Source: a virus
DNA length: 64,000 bases
Virus record (IMG/VR): IMGVR_UViG_3300046170_000148
Coordinates: 1-64,000 of that record
Reading direction: 5' to 3' (one strand)
Shown here: positions 10,969-22,537 of the stretch, in pieces
Layout of the letters: each line of letters opens with the position of its first letter
How positions within the stretch are numbered: position 1 is the stretch's first letter
Translations under genes and position numbers: made by a program
Notes under the pieces: generated by a model
Told to the model about the DNA's origin: nothing
Databases searched by the model: none
The model's input: the letters and a program-made list of their open reading frames with translations, nothing else

Positions 10969-11751
10969 TTATCCTACAAAGAAAGCTACAGGTGCATTAT
11001 ACTCATTGTATAGTTTCTCTTCAACTTTTTCAATTTCTTGTCTTGCTTCATCCATAATGCGTTGACCATTTAGTGTTACACCGCCAGGAAGTTGCATACC
11101 CTCAAACTTAATAAGATTTTGACCCCACTGATACTTGATAAGTGCAGTTGCATACTCTTTCATAAATGGGTCATCAAAAATTCTAGTGTTAGCGTCAGAA
11201 AGTTCGACAATAGCTTCTACAAGAATTTTATCACCAACTCTAAGGTCGCCATTTCCGCCGAGGTCACCAAAAATTTGTAATTGTTGCCCGTATCTATTAT
11301 ATTGAATTTGGGGATGACCAGTCAATTTCATATCAATTGTTGAAAGATATTGTTGCATCTGTTCGTAATATGCGAGGTCGCCAATACCAGTCGTTAAGTC
11401 TGACATATCATTTAATTTCATTTGATACTTTATATCGAAGAAGTTCACGCTTGATGTTGAATCGTTGATAGGAAGAACACGAACTATACTAAGAATTTTT
11501 TCAGCATCAATGTTGCCAAAACTGGTGGCCATGTCGATAGATGCTGCGTCAATCATTGCTTGAGTAATCGTAATAGTTCTATAGGTTCTATAACTACCTA
11601 AAGCACTATGTTCATAGAATTTATTGATTGCATCGTTGATACGGTCTTCGATTTGTTGGTCATCCACATTAATTTCAATAACAGGATGACCTAATCTGCG
11701 AAGACAGTAGTCAATGAAATCTTCTCTAGTTTGTATTCTCTCAAATGCCAT
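10969..11751 (-). CDS. gp13: neck protein
   Basis: YCLRRLGHPVIEINV, QWGQNLIKFEGMQLPGGVTLNG. Confidence 0.95.
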   Translation of the reverse strand: MAFERIQTREDFIDYCLRRLGHPVIEINVDDQQIEDRINDAINKFYEHSALGSYRTYRTITITQAMIDAASIDMATSFGNIDAEKILSIVRVLPINDSTSSVNFFDIKYQMKLNDMSDLTTGIGDLAYYEQMQQYLSTIDMKLTGHPQIQYNRYGQQLQIFGDLGGNGDLRVGDKILVEAIVELSDANTRIFDDPFMKEYATALIKYQWGQNLIKFEGMQLPGGVTLNGQRIMDEARQEIEKVEEKLYNEYNAPVAFFVG

Positions 11752-11765
11752 GTTGTTATTTATCC

Positions 11766-14700
11766 TTAATTAAGCAGTGTGCCATTTCTATCATACACCG
11801 CAAGAAGTCTTGTTGATGCAGGGTTGCCGCCAATCAATGCGGAGTCAGCGTGGATATCACCGGCGAAGGTTGCTTTGTTTGTAGAACTGATGGTAAATAT
11901 ATCACTGTCAGCGCCTGCATATCTTCTAAACTTAAAGTCGCCGTTATCAGCAAGCGTAATCAAACTGTTTTCGCTAACATTGCTGTTATCAAAAGCAATA
12001 GTTGTTAAATCACCCGTGTTACCATCTATGTGTAGTGGCCATGCACCAGTGCTACTACCAGGCCCACCGCCAATTTTCACCTTAGCATAACCACTAGCAC
12101 CGCCGCTTGTAATCCTTACTCCGTCAGCTCCACCATCAACAGCAAATCCTATTCTACTACTAGTGCCTGTATTACCTTTATCGGCATGGAAACGAAGAGA
12201 ACCAGTTCTAGCCATCAATTTGATGATATGGAGCGCCAAAAACGTTAGTATCTAGAAGTTTAATAATTGGGTCATCATTCTCGATATTTAATTCATTGGT
12301 TATTTTGACTATACCAAACTGTGCGGAGTCAGCGCTGATATTACCCGTGCCGGAAATATTATTACCGTTGAGGTCAAGATTGCCACCAAGTTGTGGAGTT
12401 GTATCTTCTACAACATTATTGATTGATACACCCTGTGCAAGTGATATGCTAGTCGCTGAGTCAAGACCTCCTCCTCCGCCTGCGAGTGATGTGATAGTCG
12501 CTGAGTCAACTTTAAGATTACCAACATACAATTGATTATTAAATGTTGATGTGTCACTATCAAGAATCAGTGCCTCAGTATTCTTACCATACAACCTAGT
12601 TGTTCTGTCACCCCTTCTAACCAGAACCGTAGCGCCGATTTGCGGCGGTGCAGGGTTTCTACCCCAAGTTCTTTGAGGAGCATTACCACTAGCTACTAAG
12701 ATTTCAAAAGCATTATTGCCTCTTTCTCCATTAGTGAGAATAGACTTGTCAGAGTCATAGAACGACAAGAATTGAACAGTATCAAATGACCTGAGCTCTA
12801 GTTGTTTGTTACTTATGTCATAACCGTTGGATTGACTTTTTGGTCTTAATGTTGACATTGAGACTGTAAGTGTATCACTATCCCAATCAAGAACACCATT
12901 GCCGCCATGTTGGTTTATGAATTTTCTACCATCAGCAGAACCTCTGTATCCATCCCAACCAGTCGCATCGTTATTTTCCAAACCTTGATAACCAATACTC
13001 ATAACATCATGAGTTGAACGATTACTGCCACCGCGCTGAGACGAATCAAAAGCGTCACGAGCATAGTCAAGTCCACTATCTCTACCGATACCATATGCGA
13101 CTGTTAATGCGCCCGATACGAGTTTAGAAGTAATCCTTGCCGCTTCACTGGCATATGTCGATTCAGCATGTCTTGCACCAAAATCTGCTCGGTGGGCGCG
13201 TAAGTTGTAGTTACCAAGAACAACATGTCTACCCAAGTTTGCTTCTGGGCCTCTTCTACCGCCATATTCAGTCAAGTAGTCAAATGGTGCATATGACCCA
13301 ATCTTATTACCACTTTGGTCACCACCTAAATCAGGTGAAGAAATTGCAATCCTGTCAAGAACGGTGAAGTTCATAGAGTCTGCTTCTAGATAACTAGCGC
13401 GACCTTTGACTTTCAAGAAACTTCTGCCCTTGTCACCGTCAAAGTAATAACCATATCCAAGATATCCTACATCAGTAGAAGCTCTTCGGTCTTCGTCTTT
13501 ACCAATGATTACAAGGTCAGAGTCACCACCCGATGCGTTAATAAATGCAAAGGCGCGATTGTCACCACCACCAAATGACTGGTTTGGCATCTCACCCGTG
13601 GTCGTTGAGTCCATATCCATTCTAAATTCAAGTCGTTTATTATTGAATTGAATATTAGAACGTGCATGGAAACCAGAAGAGTCATTTAGTGATATTTTAT
13701 CATTAACGAGTAATGGAGTAGTGATTTTTGTAATTCTGTTACCACTACCATCGTTTACACCTATACCTACCGAACTATCTCTAAGGTATACCGAACCATC
13801 ACCTCTTGATTTTAGGATTGACATTGGTGTTTTTCGATAGTCTGCCCAACCCCGGCCGCCGGAGAATATGTTCTTACGGATTTCAAAACCAAACCCGCCT
13901 CGTTCTTCAGCGCTGTCAAGAATACTCTGGTCTGAGTCAAAGAAAGATTCCACATAAATTGCCGTTTTTGGATACGCGTCTAAACGATAATCATAACTTG
14001 TTTGAGCGTGAAGGTCTAACCCTTGTGGATGAAGCGCCTGCATTTGTATTTGCAGTTTATCTTTAGCAGAGTCCCAATTTCTTGCTTTTCCTGCGGTTAC
14101 TTTAGCAACATCTCTACCTTCTTTGCTTCCTCTGTATCCATCGTAACCATGATTGCCGCCGGCGGCGTTTTGATACCCAATATGTAGAACTTGGTGTCCG
14201 CCGTATGGATTGGAGGAATAGTAAGCAGAATCCCAAAGCGTCTTCCTAAACTTACCATGTTCACTATCTCTACCCATCTCAAAGGCAATGGTGGTCGAAC
14301 CTGTTGTAAGTTTAGATGCAATCCTTGCCGAATATTTTGCATTCTGCCGTAATTCGCTGCTTGATAAAGCCTGAGACCATTGGTCGAGAACTGGCGCTAC
14401 CAGCCCACCAAAATGATGTCTCTTCCCATGAGCGCGAAGGTTGTGATTGCCGATAACAACGTGTCTACCCATACTCAGTGATGGGCCACGTCTACCATTA
14501 AACGCCTCTAGTATTTCACCAAAACTGTCTATATAACCATAATTAGTTGATATGGCAAAAGCGCCTCGACCAACTTGGTCACCCCCTGTCGTTCCGTTAT
14601 AATCACTAGAAGCAATAGCATCAGCAATTAATGGGGCAAAGGACATTGAGTCTGCTTCGATATAACTACCGTAACCTTTGACCTTCATGAAAGAAGAACC

Positions 14701-17700
14701 AATGTCTCTATCCGAATAGTAACCATAGTTCAAGTTTGGAATAGTGTCTACACCAGCATCAGAGTCCTTACCAATGATTACAAGGTCAGAGTCACCGCCT
14801 GAGGCATTGATAAACGCAAATGTTCTGTTTTCACCACCACCAAAAGACGCTGGTAATTCACCTGTAGATGCCGAATCCATATTCATTCTGAATTCGGTTC
14901 TCTTATTATTAAACCTAATGGTCGAAGGTGCAGCCCGCACCAGAAGAGTCGCTTAGTCCCAGTATACCGTTGATTGTAAAGTCACTATCTGGAAGATTTG
15001 ATATTCTCGATGTGACATTGGTTGCAAACGAACCACCATCAGCAGTGCTGATAGTAAGGACACCTGTTCCCGAATCAAACGCTGTCGAGGATACACCTGC
15101 GACAGATACAGTTCCTACAGAGTCAATAAAACCACTTGCATCAACCGTAAGGACTGGGACAAGTGATGCAGAACCATATGTTCCTGCCGTTACCGTTGTG
15201 TTTGCACTTCTATCAAAGTCAGCAGTAATAATTCCTGCACTGAAGTTACCAGATGCGTCACGAGTAACAATCGCAGAACCCGTGTTCGCGTTTGTCGCAG
15301 TAGTCGCAGAGTTGTTAACTTTACCCGCAGTCGAAATCGTTGCGAGTTTTGTATCAGCAATTGCGGCACTTGCGTTGATGTCATCATTAACAATTGAACC
15401 AGCCGTAATCGCAGCACTAAGTGTTACATTACTCGTTCCATCAAATGATACGGCCGAAGCGGTGATGTCACCACTAATTGAGAAGTCCTGACCCGAATCA
15501 AGGGCATTGGTTGTGAGGGATTTACCTGTTACATCACCAATCAGATTACCTTCAAAGGTTTCTGCAACCAGTGTTGCAAGACTGAATGAAGAGTCAGCAG
15601 CGTTAATAGTTCCTGTCGGTGTTGAGTCATACTCATCAAGGAGTTTCCATTTCTCGTCAGAGATGTCAAAGTAGAAACCCATATGGGTATAACCGACACC
15701 TGATGCGCCTGTGTTTCTATTCGTGAAGAAACCAGTATCAACATTTACAGGTGACGCAACACCTTCCCATCTATCACCTGAGTCGTGACCTGTGGTTGCA
15801 CCGAACTCAACCGAAATATTATCAGTTGAATGAATTTCCTGTGCGTTACCAGTGATTACAACTTTTGTAAGTATAGGTGAGGCAAACGCACTATCATTTC
15901 CAAGTGCAACAGCAAAGGTATCAACACCACCCGCACCAGTTCCTACACCATCAATACGAACATAGTAGGTCTGTGCTGCTGTCCCTGTAAAGTGACCAGA
16001 GAAGAAGGCATCGTCAAGACCCGTTCCTGTGAATGTCGTTCCGGCTTCACCAATCGCATCACCTTCATTGAGACGATAGAATGGCGCACCTTGTGTCACA
16101 TTGGATTGACCCACAGTAGTCTGACTACCCAGAATGGTAAGGTTACCATCGACTTGTAAGTCCGTCCCGATGTGTGCAGATGTGCGAACACGGAATGAGT
16201 TTACCGAGTGATTCTCTCGATTGACCATCATTACACCGTTATCTGAATCACCAGATACAACAACCCAACCCATACACATTGGGAAGTTTGGATATGTTGG
16301 AGGTGTATTTGTTTTACCGCCTGGAGTTACGGCAGATACAAAGAACTGGTCATCAGCATTTAGATTTGCGGTATTAACGTTGGTTAATTGACCCTGTAGC
16401 AACAACATACCATAACTGTTGTTCGCAATGTCGTGTGCTGCAAGACCCTGAGAATTATATGCAGAAGCACTAGACGCATCTGCAAGTGCGACAGTCGGAA
16501 CATTTTGTGCGCCCGAGGTGTAGTTACCACTGAAGTAAAGAACTGAACCTTTCTTTATTACCGAACCACTGTTATTGAACACTCTTTGATGTTCTTGTGT
16601 GCCCAGTTCAATGGGAAGTCCATTGATGTCATTATAATAGTTTAGATTCTTGTGTTCATTATCATAGAACAATAAGCCTTCACTATATGGTTGATGATTA
16701 GAGAATGTAGTCGTATCAAACTGAACATTCAGAAGTGATGCGGAGTCTGCTACGAGTTGTGTCGTTTTCAGTTTATTCTCAACACGCAAGTCATCAAAGT
16801 GTTCACTCAAGCCATCGACAAGAATAACACCGTTATTTGAGTCAGCGACAATAACGCGACCAATATGATGTGGGAAACCAGTATCAACCGTCACAGTTGT
16901 TTCTGTTACAACACCCGCAGAGTCAGGAGACAAGAACAGAACATTACCTTCTGTCATTCCACCTGTATTGACATCACGAACCAGACCATAACGAGTTACC
17001 CAACCATGTGCGCCATCTGGAATGTCCATAGTCGCAAGGCCAAACACAGAACTACTCGTAGAAGTATTTGCTCTTGCTTTCGTAATAAGTGGGTGACCCG
17101 TCACCGTTTCAGTTCCAGAGATGTATACTGCATCACCATTAGTGATTGCCGCACCAGTCTCGTTTTTCACATACAGGAATGTTTCCTGACCGATGTTTAG
17201 ATTTACGTCTGGATTGGAATTTTCGGGGGTGTTAAGTCTAACCGATAAACCTTTGTCACGGTCAGAGTCAAAATATACTGAACCCGCAGTCTGTGAGAAT
17301 GCACTGGTCTGTGGAACAAACCGAATACCTTTTGATACTGCACTATCTTGAGTGACCTTACCGAATGTCACATCGTCTGTTGTTCCGACTGCCTGACCAA
17401 TACTGATTTGACCAGCAGCACTATCATAGGTGACACCAGTTCCAGATTGTAAAGCATTTCTTGAGAGTGTGACAAGATTTGCAGAGTCCACATTGAACTC
17501 ACCAGTAGATGAGTTGTATACGAGACCTTTATTTCCAGTCAGATGCGCTCTTACTTCAGATGCAGATGGGCCAGTGTATGTAAATACACCTGATGAACTG
17601 TCATATGTGAGTGACCCGTCACCGCCTGTGTCATTTACAAGCAATGATGCCTTCGCATCACTGTCTGCCCTCGCAGTGGTGTAATAGAGGTTCGTTCCCT

Positions 17701-20173
17701 CTGCAACATTAGTTGTTGATTTAGTAGCAAGTCTAACATCAAAGTCACTATCTGCTCTTGCAGTAGTGTAATAGAGGTTAGAGCCTTCAGGTAGTTGACC
17801 CGTATTTGCATCGCCGAGGTCACTGTCAAAGTTTGCCTTTGTGTATACACTCTCTACATCAAATGAGAACTGACCCGCAGCACTATCATATGACAGGTCA
17901 CCCGATGCAGAGAACAAGTTACGAATCGTAGTTGTTGTCTGTGCATCTACATTATCAAAACGAATGTTCGTAATGGTCGCAGAGTCGAATGTTGCCTGAC
18001 TTCCTGTCAGTTGAGTGTTCGCAAGGTTTGTAATCGTTGCCGAATCAATCGTGGCATTGGTAACTGTTGCAGTGGTAGTCGTTAATACACTGATGCCCGC
18101 ACTATCAATCTGTGTCTGTAATCGTGTTGCGAAATCACTGTCAAAGTTTGCTTGGCTGTAGATTTGTTCAACATCAATCGAGAAACGACCCGTTGAACTG
18201 TCGTATGTCATATCTCCGCCAGCACTAAAGTGTGCGCGAACCTCACTGGACGATGGCCCTGTGTAGGTGAATACACCAGTGGCACTATCATAAGACAGTG
18301 AACCATCACCACCCGTATCGTTGACAAGGAGAGATGCCTTCGCATCAGAGTCAGCACGAGCAGTTGTGTAATAGAGGTTTGTGCCTTCCGCAACATCAGA
18401 AGTTGTTTTGGTTGCAAGTCTTACATCAAAGTCACTATCCGCTCTTGTGGTCGTATAGTAAAGATTTGTTCCCTCTACAAGATTACTCGTTGTATATGGG
18501 TCGAGTGTAATCGTTGTGAGGAATGTTGCACCATCAGCAGTGCCGATGGAGAGATTGCCGTTTGCAGAGTCGAATGAGAATGAGGATACACCCGCAACCG
18601 CGACTGAACCCGCACTGTCGAGTTGACCCTGTGCGTTTACTGTGAAGACAGGAATCTGAGATGCAGAACCATATGTCGCTGCGGCAACACCCGTGTTCGT
18701 TATAGAAATCGTATCTGTCGAACTATCGTAAGTGATACCTGTGCCACCGTCAAGGGCTGCACCTAAGTCACTGTCGAAATTAGATTTGGTATAGACTTGT
18801 TCCACATCAAAGGAGAACACACCTGTTGAACTATCATAGGACAAGTCACCAGCAGAGGAGAAGTATCCACGAATACTTCCGATAGATGTTGTATCACCCA
18901 ACGCACTATCAAAACGACCACGAGTATAATACAGGTTAGTCCCTTCAGTGATATCACTTGTCGTGTTGGTCAGTGTGGTGAACTTCAGTGTTCCGATATT
19001 GGCACTATCAAAGGTTGCCTGTGAACCAGTGAGTTGAGTGTTTGCCAGATTGGTGATAGTTGCAGAATCAATTCTTGCTTGATTTGAGTATAGTTTGTAT
19101 ACTTGTTGTTCACCTGTAGATGAGGAGTCAACCAGTCTGTGCCATGAACCACCATGTGCAAAGTATCCCCGACCCGTTGCGTGAACGTGTGCAAACATAC
19201 CATGATAGGTAGACGCACTTGGAAGGTCACCCTCTGTGCTGTATACGTTTCCAAAGAGAATCTTACCAGTTGTCTGGAATGTCTCTGAACCGATTGTCCA
19301 GTAGTCATTCGCCTCGTCCCACAGAAGTGACTTGTTTGCATCATCACCACGTTCAATCTCGATACCCGCATCTTCACTGGCTGAACCAGTTGCGTTAGAG
19401 TTCAGAACAATGGTGTTGTCTGCAAGTTGGATTGTCTCTGTGTTGACAATCGTCTGTGTTCCCGATACAGTCAGATTACCACCAATCGTAAGATTAGAAC
19501 CAATCGTAGTAGACCCACCAACGGCGAGACCATTTGTGATTGTGGAACTATCTGCGGATGTTCCCCCAGTGAAAGTCTGCGTTCCAGATACAGTCAGATT
19601 ACCAGCGACATTCAGGTCACTGTGGAATGTTTCCGCAATATCTGTTCTCGCGACATCGGAGTCGTTGAAACTTAATATGCCTTCTGAACTATCGAATGAT
19701 AGAATGTCACTGTTTGTCGTAGACACTTTGATACTAACAGCAGTCTTACCACCATCACTATCAATAATGACAAAGTTACCGTTACTGTCTTTTAGGTCGA
19801 GTGTCCCCAGAGTAATTGTATTTCCTGAAAGGAACAGGTCTCTCCACTTATTGGTAGAACTGCCGAGGTCATATGCTTCGTTACTATCTGGTATCAGAGA
19901 GCCAGTAAATGTCGTGTTGGTAAAAGCAAAGGTATAATCGTTATTATCACTATCAAATGTGACAGTGACATTATCGTCACCTCTAAGATTAGTTACTTCG
20001 TAGTTACCAGATACTGAATTGTATGCCAGAATTGAACCATCAGATTCATTTGCGGTTACATCCACACCACCCAAATTGGTAATGGCAAAAGCACCAGCGG
20101 TAACTCTTTTGACAGGAGTTCCTACTTTTATTTTTTTGATTTTAATCGTAGGGTCTTGATAAATAATTTTCAT
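11766..20173 (-). CDS. giant tail-fibre-like structural protein, about 2800 aa after removing extra bases at 14934-14936 and 12212-12213
   Basis: Three overlapping ORFs (1752, 910, 157 aa) join in frame; fibre motifs YDLGSSTNKWRDLFL, GIEIERG, EGTNLYYT repeats, DTTPQLGGNLDLNG; repaired junction SGAAAPSTIRFNNKR matches internal repeat SGFHARSNIQFNNKR. Confidence 0.85.
17540..18480 (-). repeat. intragenic direct repeats, two copies of about 83 aa (approx. 17540-17790 and 18230-18480)
   Basis: EG[TS]NLYYTT.RADSDFDVRLATK...EGTNLYYTTARADSDAKASLLVNDTGGDGSL.YDS..GVFTYTGPS.SEVRAH twice. Confidence 0.9.
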
Positions 20174-20179
20174 TTTTAT

Positions 20180-20545
20180 TTACTTTGTTACAGATGGTGA
20201 AACTTCGATTTGACCTTCAAGTATTCTCTCAATGATAGTGTTTGAGTCACTATCAGTATAAGATAACTCAACATCATAAACATACCGACCTCTCGTTGTG
20301 AGTGTATCGGTTTGAGTGTTCGTTAGAGATAGGGTTACAATACCATCGGTAGGTGGTGTTGCAATAACAGAGTTGAACTCTAAGGTGTTTGGGTCATTAG
20401 CCGAGTCAGCATATCTTCTTTTCATTTTTGCCGTGACTGACCTATTTGTCAAATTAAAAGCGCTACCGCTGTCATGAACCAGTTCAACTTCGATGGCGAC
20501 ATCTGTTCCCTGATTAATGACAATATCTTCGTAGTTAGTTGACAT
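20180..20545 (-). CDS. small Ig-like (BppU-N-like) virion adaptor protein
   Basis: INQGTD...GIVTLSLT..QT..L..GRYVYDVEL...RILEGQIEVSPSVT, typical of genes preceding fibres in marine T4-like phages. Confidence 0.7.
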   Translation of the reverse strand: MSTNYEDIVINQGTDVAIEVELVHDSGSAFNLTNRSVTAKMKRRYADSANDPNTLEFNSVIATPPTDGIVTLSLTNTQTDTLTTRGRYVYDVELSYTDSDSNTIIERILEGQIEVSPSVTK

Positions 20546-20578
20546 GTTAAATACCCATATAAAAACAAATTCTGTTGT

Positions 20579-20586
20579 TATTTATA
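20579..20586 (-). promoter_or_regulatory. late promoter TATAAATA
   Basis: tatttata upstream of 20545. Confidence 0.8.
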
Positions 20587-20607
20587 AGGATTTATTCGTC
20601 AACGAGA

Positions 20608-21306
20608 CTAGAAATCTGACATTATTTCTTCGATGGTATCTTTTTGTATATCTAATGCCATATCAGACATATCTATTTGGTAGGCAACTGTTAAACGCCA
20701 ACAGTCTGTCTTTGCACTGTGATAACACAACTTATCCCAAGACTCTCCATAATGACCAAAGTATCCTGCTTTACATTGCCATCCAGGCTTATCCTGTAGG
20801 ACAACTTCTTCACCAGTCTTACCATCAACATATGAAAAACTACCTTCACCTGTTTCTGACCAAGTGAAGATAAAATTATACCCAGGCGCATTCGCGTTAT
20901 TGTGCCATGAGATAAAACCGCCTGGCGGATATAATTGAGTCAATGCATTATTCTTCACGAATAGTAGATGTCCAAGACGTTCACTATTCTCACCAGCTCT
21001 TCTCCGAAAATCCACTTCTTCTTGGGGTGTCATTTTTATTGAATGTCTTTGTTGGTCAGTTTTGAGTGGATATCCTAATATCTTTTCTGGATATCCATCA
21101 TGACCTTCGTGTAAACCTATAATATTGTCACGATACTTTTCGTTAGTGTATTTTTCACGAGTTCCATTAGAGTCTTTACCACCATCGAGGTGTAAAACTT
21201 TTTTGACATAATTCGCATTTTCGTAATACCAGAGATAATGATTTAGCGCTTCAAGTATAGTCTGATTCCTAATCGGAATATCAATCATTTGTTTGTGTTC
21301 GGTCAT
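20608..21306 (-). CDS. putative 2OG-Fe(II) oxygenase / cupin-fold protein
   Basis: YPPGGFISWHNN ... LCYHSA..CWRLTVAY pattern fits a double-stranded beta-helix with H-x-N...H and conserved Arg. Confidence 0.55.
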   Translation of the reverse strand: MTEHKQMIDIPIRNQTILEALNHYLWYYENANYVKKVLHLDGGKDSNGTREKYTNEKYRDNIIGLHEGHDGYPEKILGYPLKTDQQRHSIKMTPQEEVDFRRRAGENSERLGHLLFVKNNALTQLYPPGGFISWHNNANAPGYNFIFTWSETGEGSFSYVDGKTGEEVVLQDKPGWQCKAGYFGHYGESWDKLCYHSAKTDCWRLTVAYQIDMSDMALDIQKDTIEEIMSDF

Positions 21307-22064
21307 ACTATAGGAGTATCTTTCTGCAATGTTGCCGAGAAGTGTCTTAGAATCGGTGGTTTGCCCGACTTAGATTTAAGCATACCTGTCGCCGAATATG
21401 AATATTGACTAAAATAATTCCAACGAATATCATCTTCGAAGATACCAATCTTCAGGTCTTTATATTTGTCTACCTTATTTACCAACCACCAAAGAGTTGT
21501 CTGGTCGAAATGTTGAAGGTCATTCCTCCAAGTTTTTTCTTCAAAACCTTCGGGTCTCCAGTCACCGCTATATTGTTTCAAAAACAATTCATGCCAATCA
21601 TGCATGAATTGTTTGACCAGAGGATTGGAACTACGATATAGACATACACCACCGCAGAGACTATACATCTCTCGTTTTCCTTCATAGTTGAAATATCTGA
21701 CAGCATAAAACTTTTCACGTTCTTTGGTCAACTCATGGAATACCATGTCATAGTCTTTGAGTTCGTCCCAGACTTTGATGATATCTTCATGTTCGCAATC
21801 CATGTCTGCATCAACATACATTGTGACATCATAAGGAGTTTCTGCCATTCCCCACAGTTTTTCGCGATAACCACCACCACAGAGTTTTACATCATCAAAC
21901 ACATCTGTTCGACTATCAATAAAACGTTCTTCTGTGAAAAATGTTATGTTTGCGTCAGGATAAAAATCACGAATCGATTCGGCTAGGTTCACCGCATATA
22001 TGTAGAAGTTTTTATTTTTTGACGCTACAATAACAAAACCCTTAGTTTGATTCTGCATTATCAA
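21303..22064 (-). CDS. putative GT-A glycosyltransferase (GT8-like)
   Basis: TPYDVTMYVDADM (DxD), CGGVCLY, FDQTTLW, RWNY, ILRHF. Confidence 0.75.
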   Translation of the reverse strand: MIMQNQTKGFVIVASKNKNFYIYAVNLAESIRDFYPDANITFFTEERFIDSRTDVFDDVKLCGGGYREKLWGMAETPYDVTMYVDADMDCEHEDIIKVWDELKDYDMVFHELTKEREKFYAVRYFNYEGKREMYSLCGGVCLYRSSNPLVKQFMHDWHELFLKQYSGDWRPEGFEEKTWRNDLQHFDQTTLWWLVNKVDKYKDLKIGIFEDDIRWNYFSQYSYSATGMLKSKSGKPPILRHFSATLQKDTPIV

Positions 22065-22500
22065 TTACTTCTTTCACAATCATAATAGCATATAGGTTGA
22101 CTTCTGGAATTGATTTTGACCTACGAAGTTTTGATTTTAAAACACGATTCTTAGAGTTTTTAATTTCTTCAATTTCAAAAGTCTCTAACTTATACTTGAA
22201 AAGTTTTTCGAGATTTCTTGCGCGTTCCTCTTCGACTTTTCTTTGTTTCTCGGCGTCAGCCTCGGCCGCCTTGCGTTTCATTCTACGTTCAGTAGACGCT
22301 TCAATTTTTTCTTCGCCTAAGAATTCTACAATTTCAAGGAAAACTTCATTTTCAGTTCCGTCACTGTTAAATTTGTCAACCTTATAGACTTGAGTCTTTT
22401 TCTTTCCATCCTCAAGGTCTTCTTCAGAAATTGCGTTTAGAACATGTTTTCGAGGAGTTTCCCAAAATGCATTATCTAACCATCGTCTAGTCATTTTCAT
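22042..22500 (-). CDS. hypothetical protein (charged, helical)
   Basis: 152-aa ORF with GGAG RBS, overlaps next gene. Confidence 0.7.
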   Translation of the reverse strand: MKMTRRWLDNAFWETPRKHVLNAISEEDLEDGKKKTQVYKVDKFNSDGTENEVFLEIVEFLGEEKIEASTERRMKRKAAEADAEKQRKVEEERARNLEKLFKYKLETFEIEEIKNSKNRVLKSKLRRSKSIPEVNLYAIMIVKEVIDNAESN

Positions 22501-22537
22501 TCTCCATAAATGATATTAGTAATTATATATAAGAATT

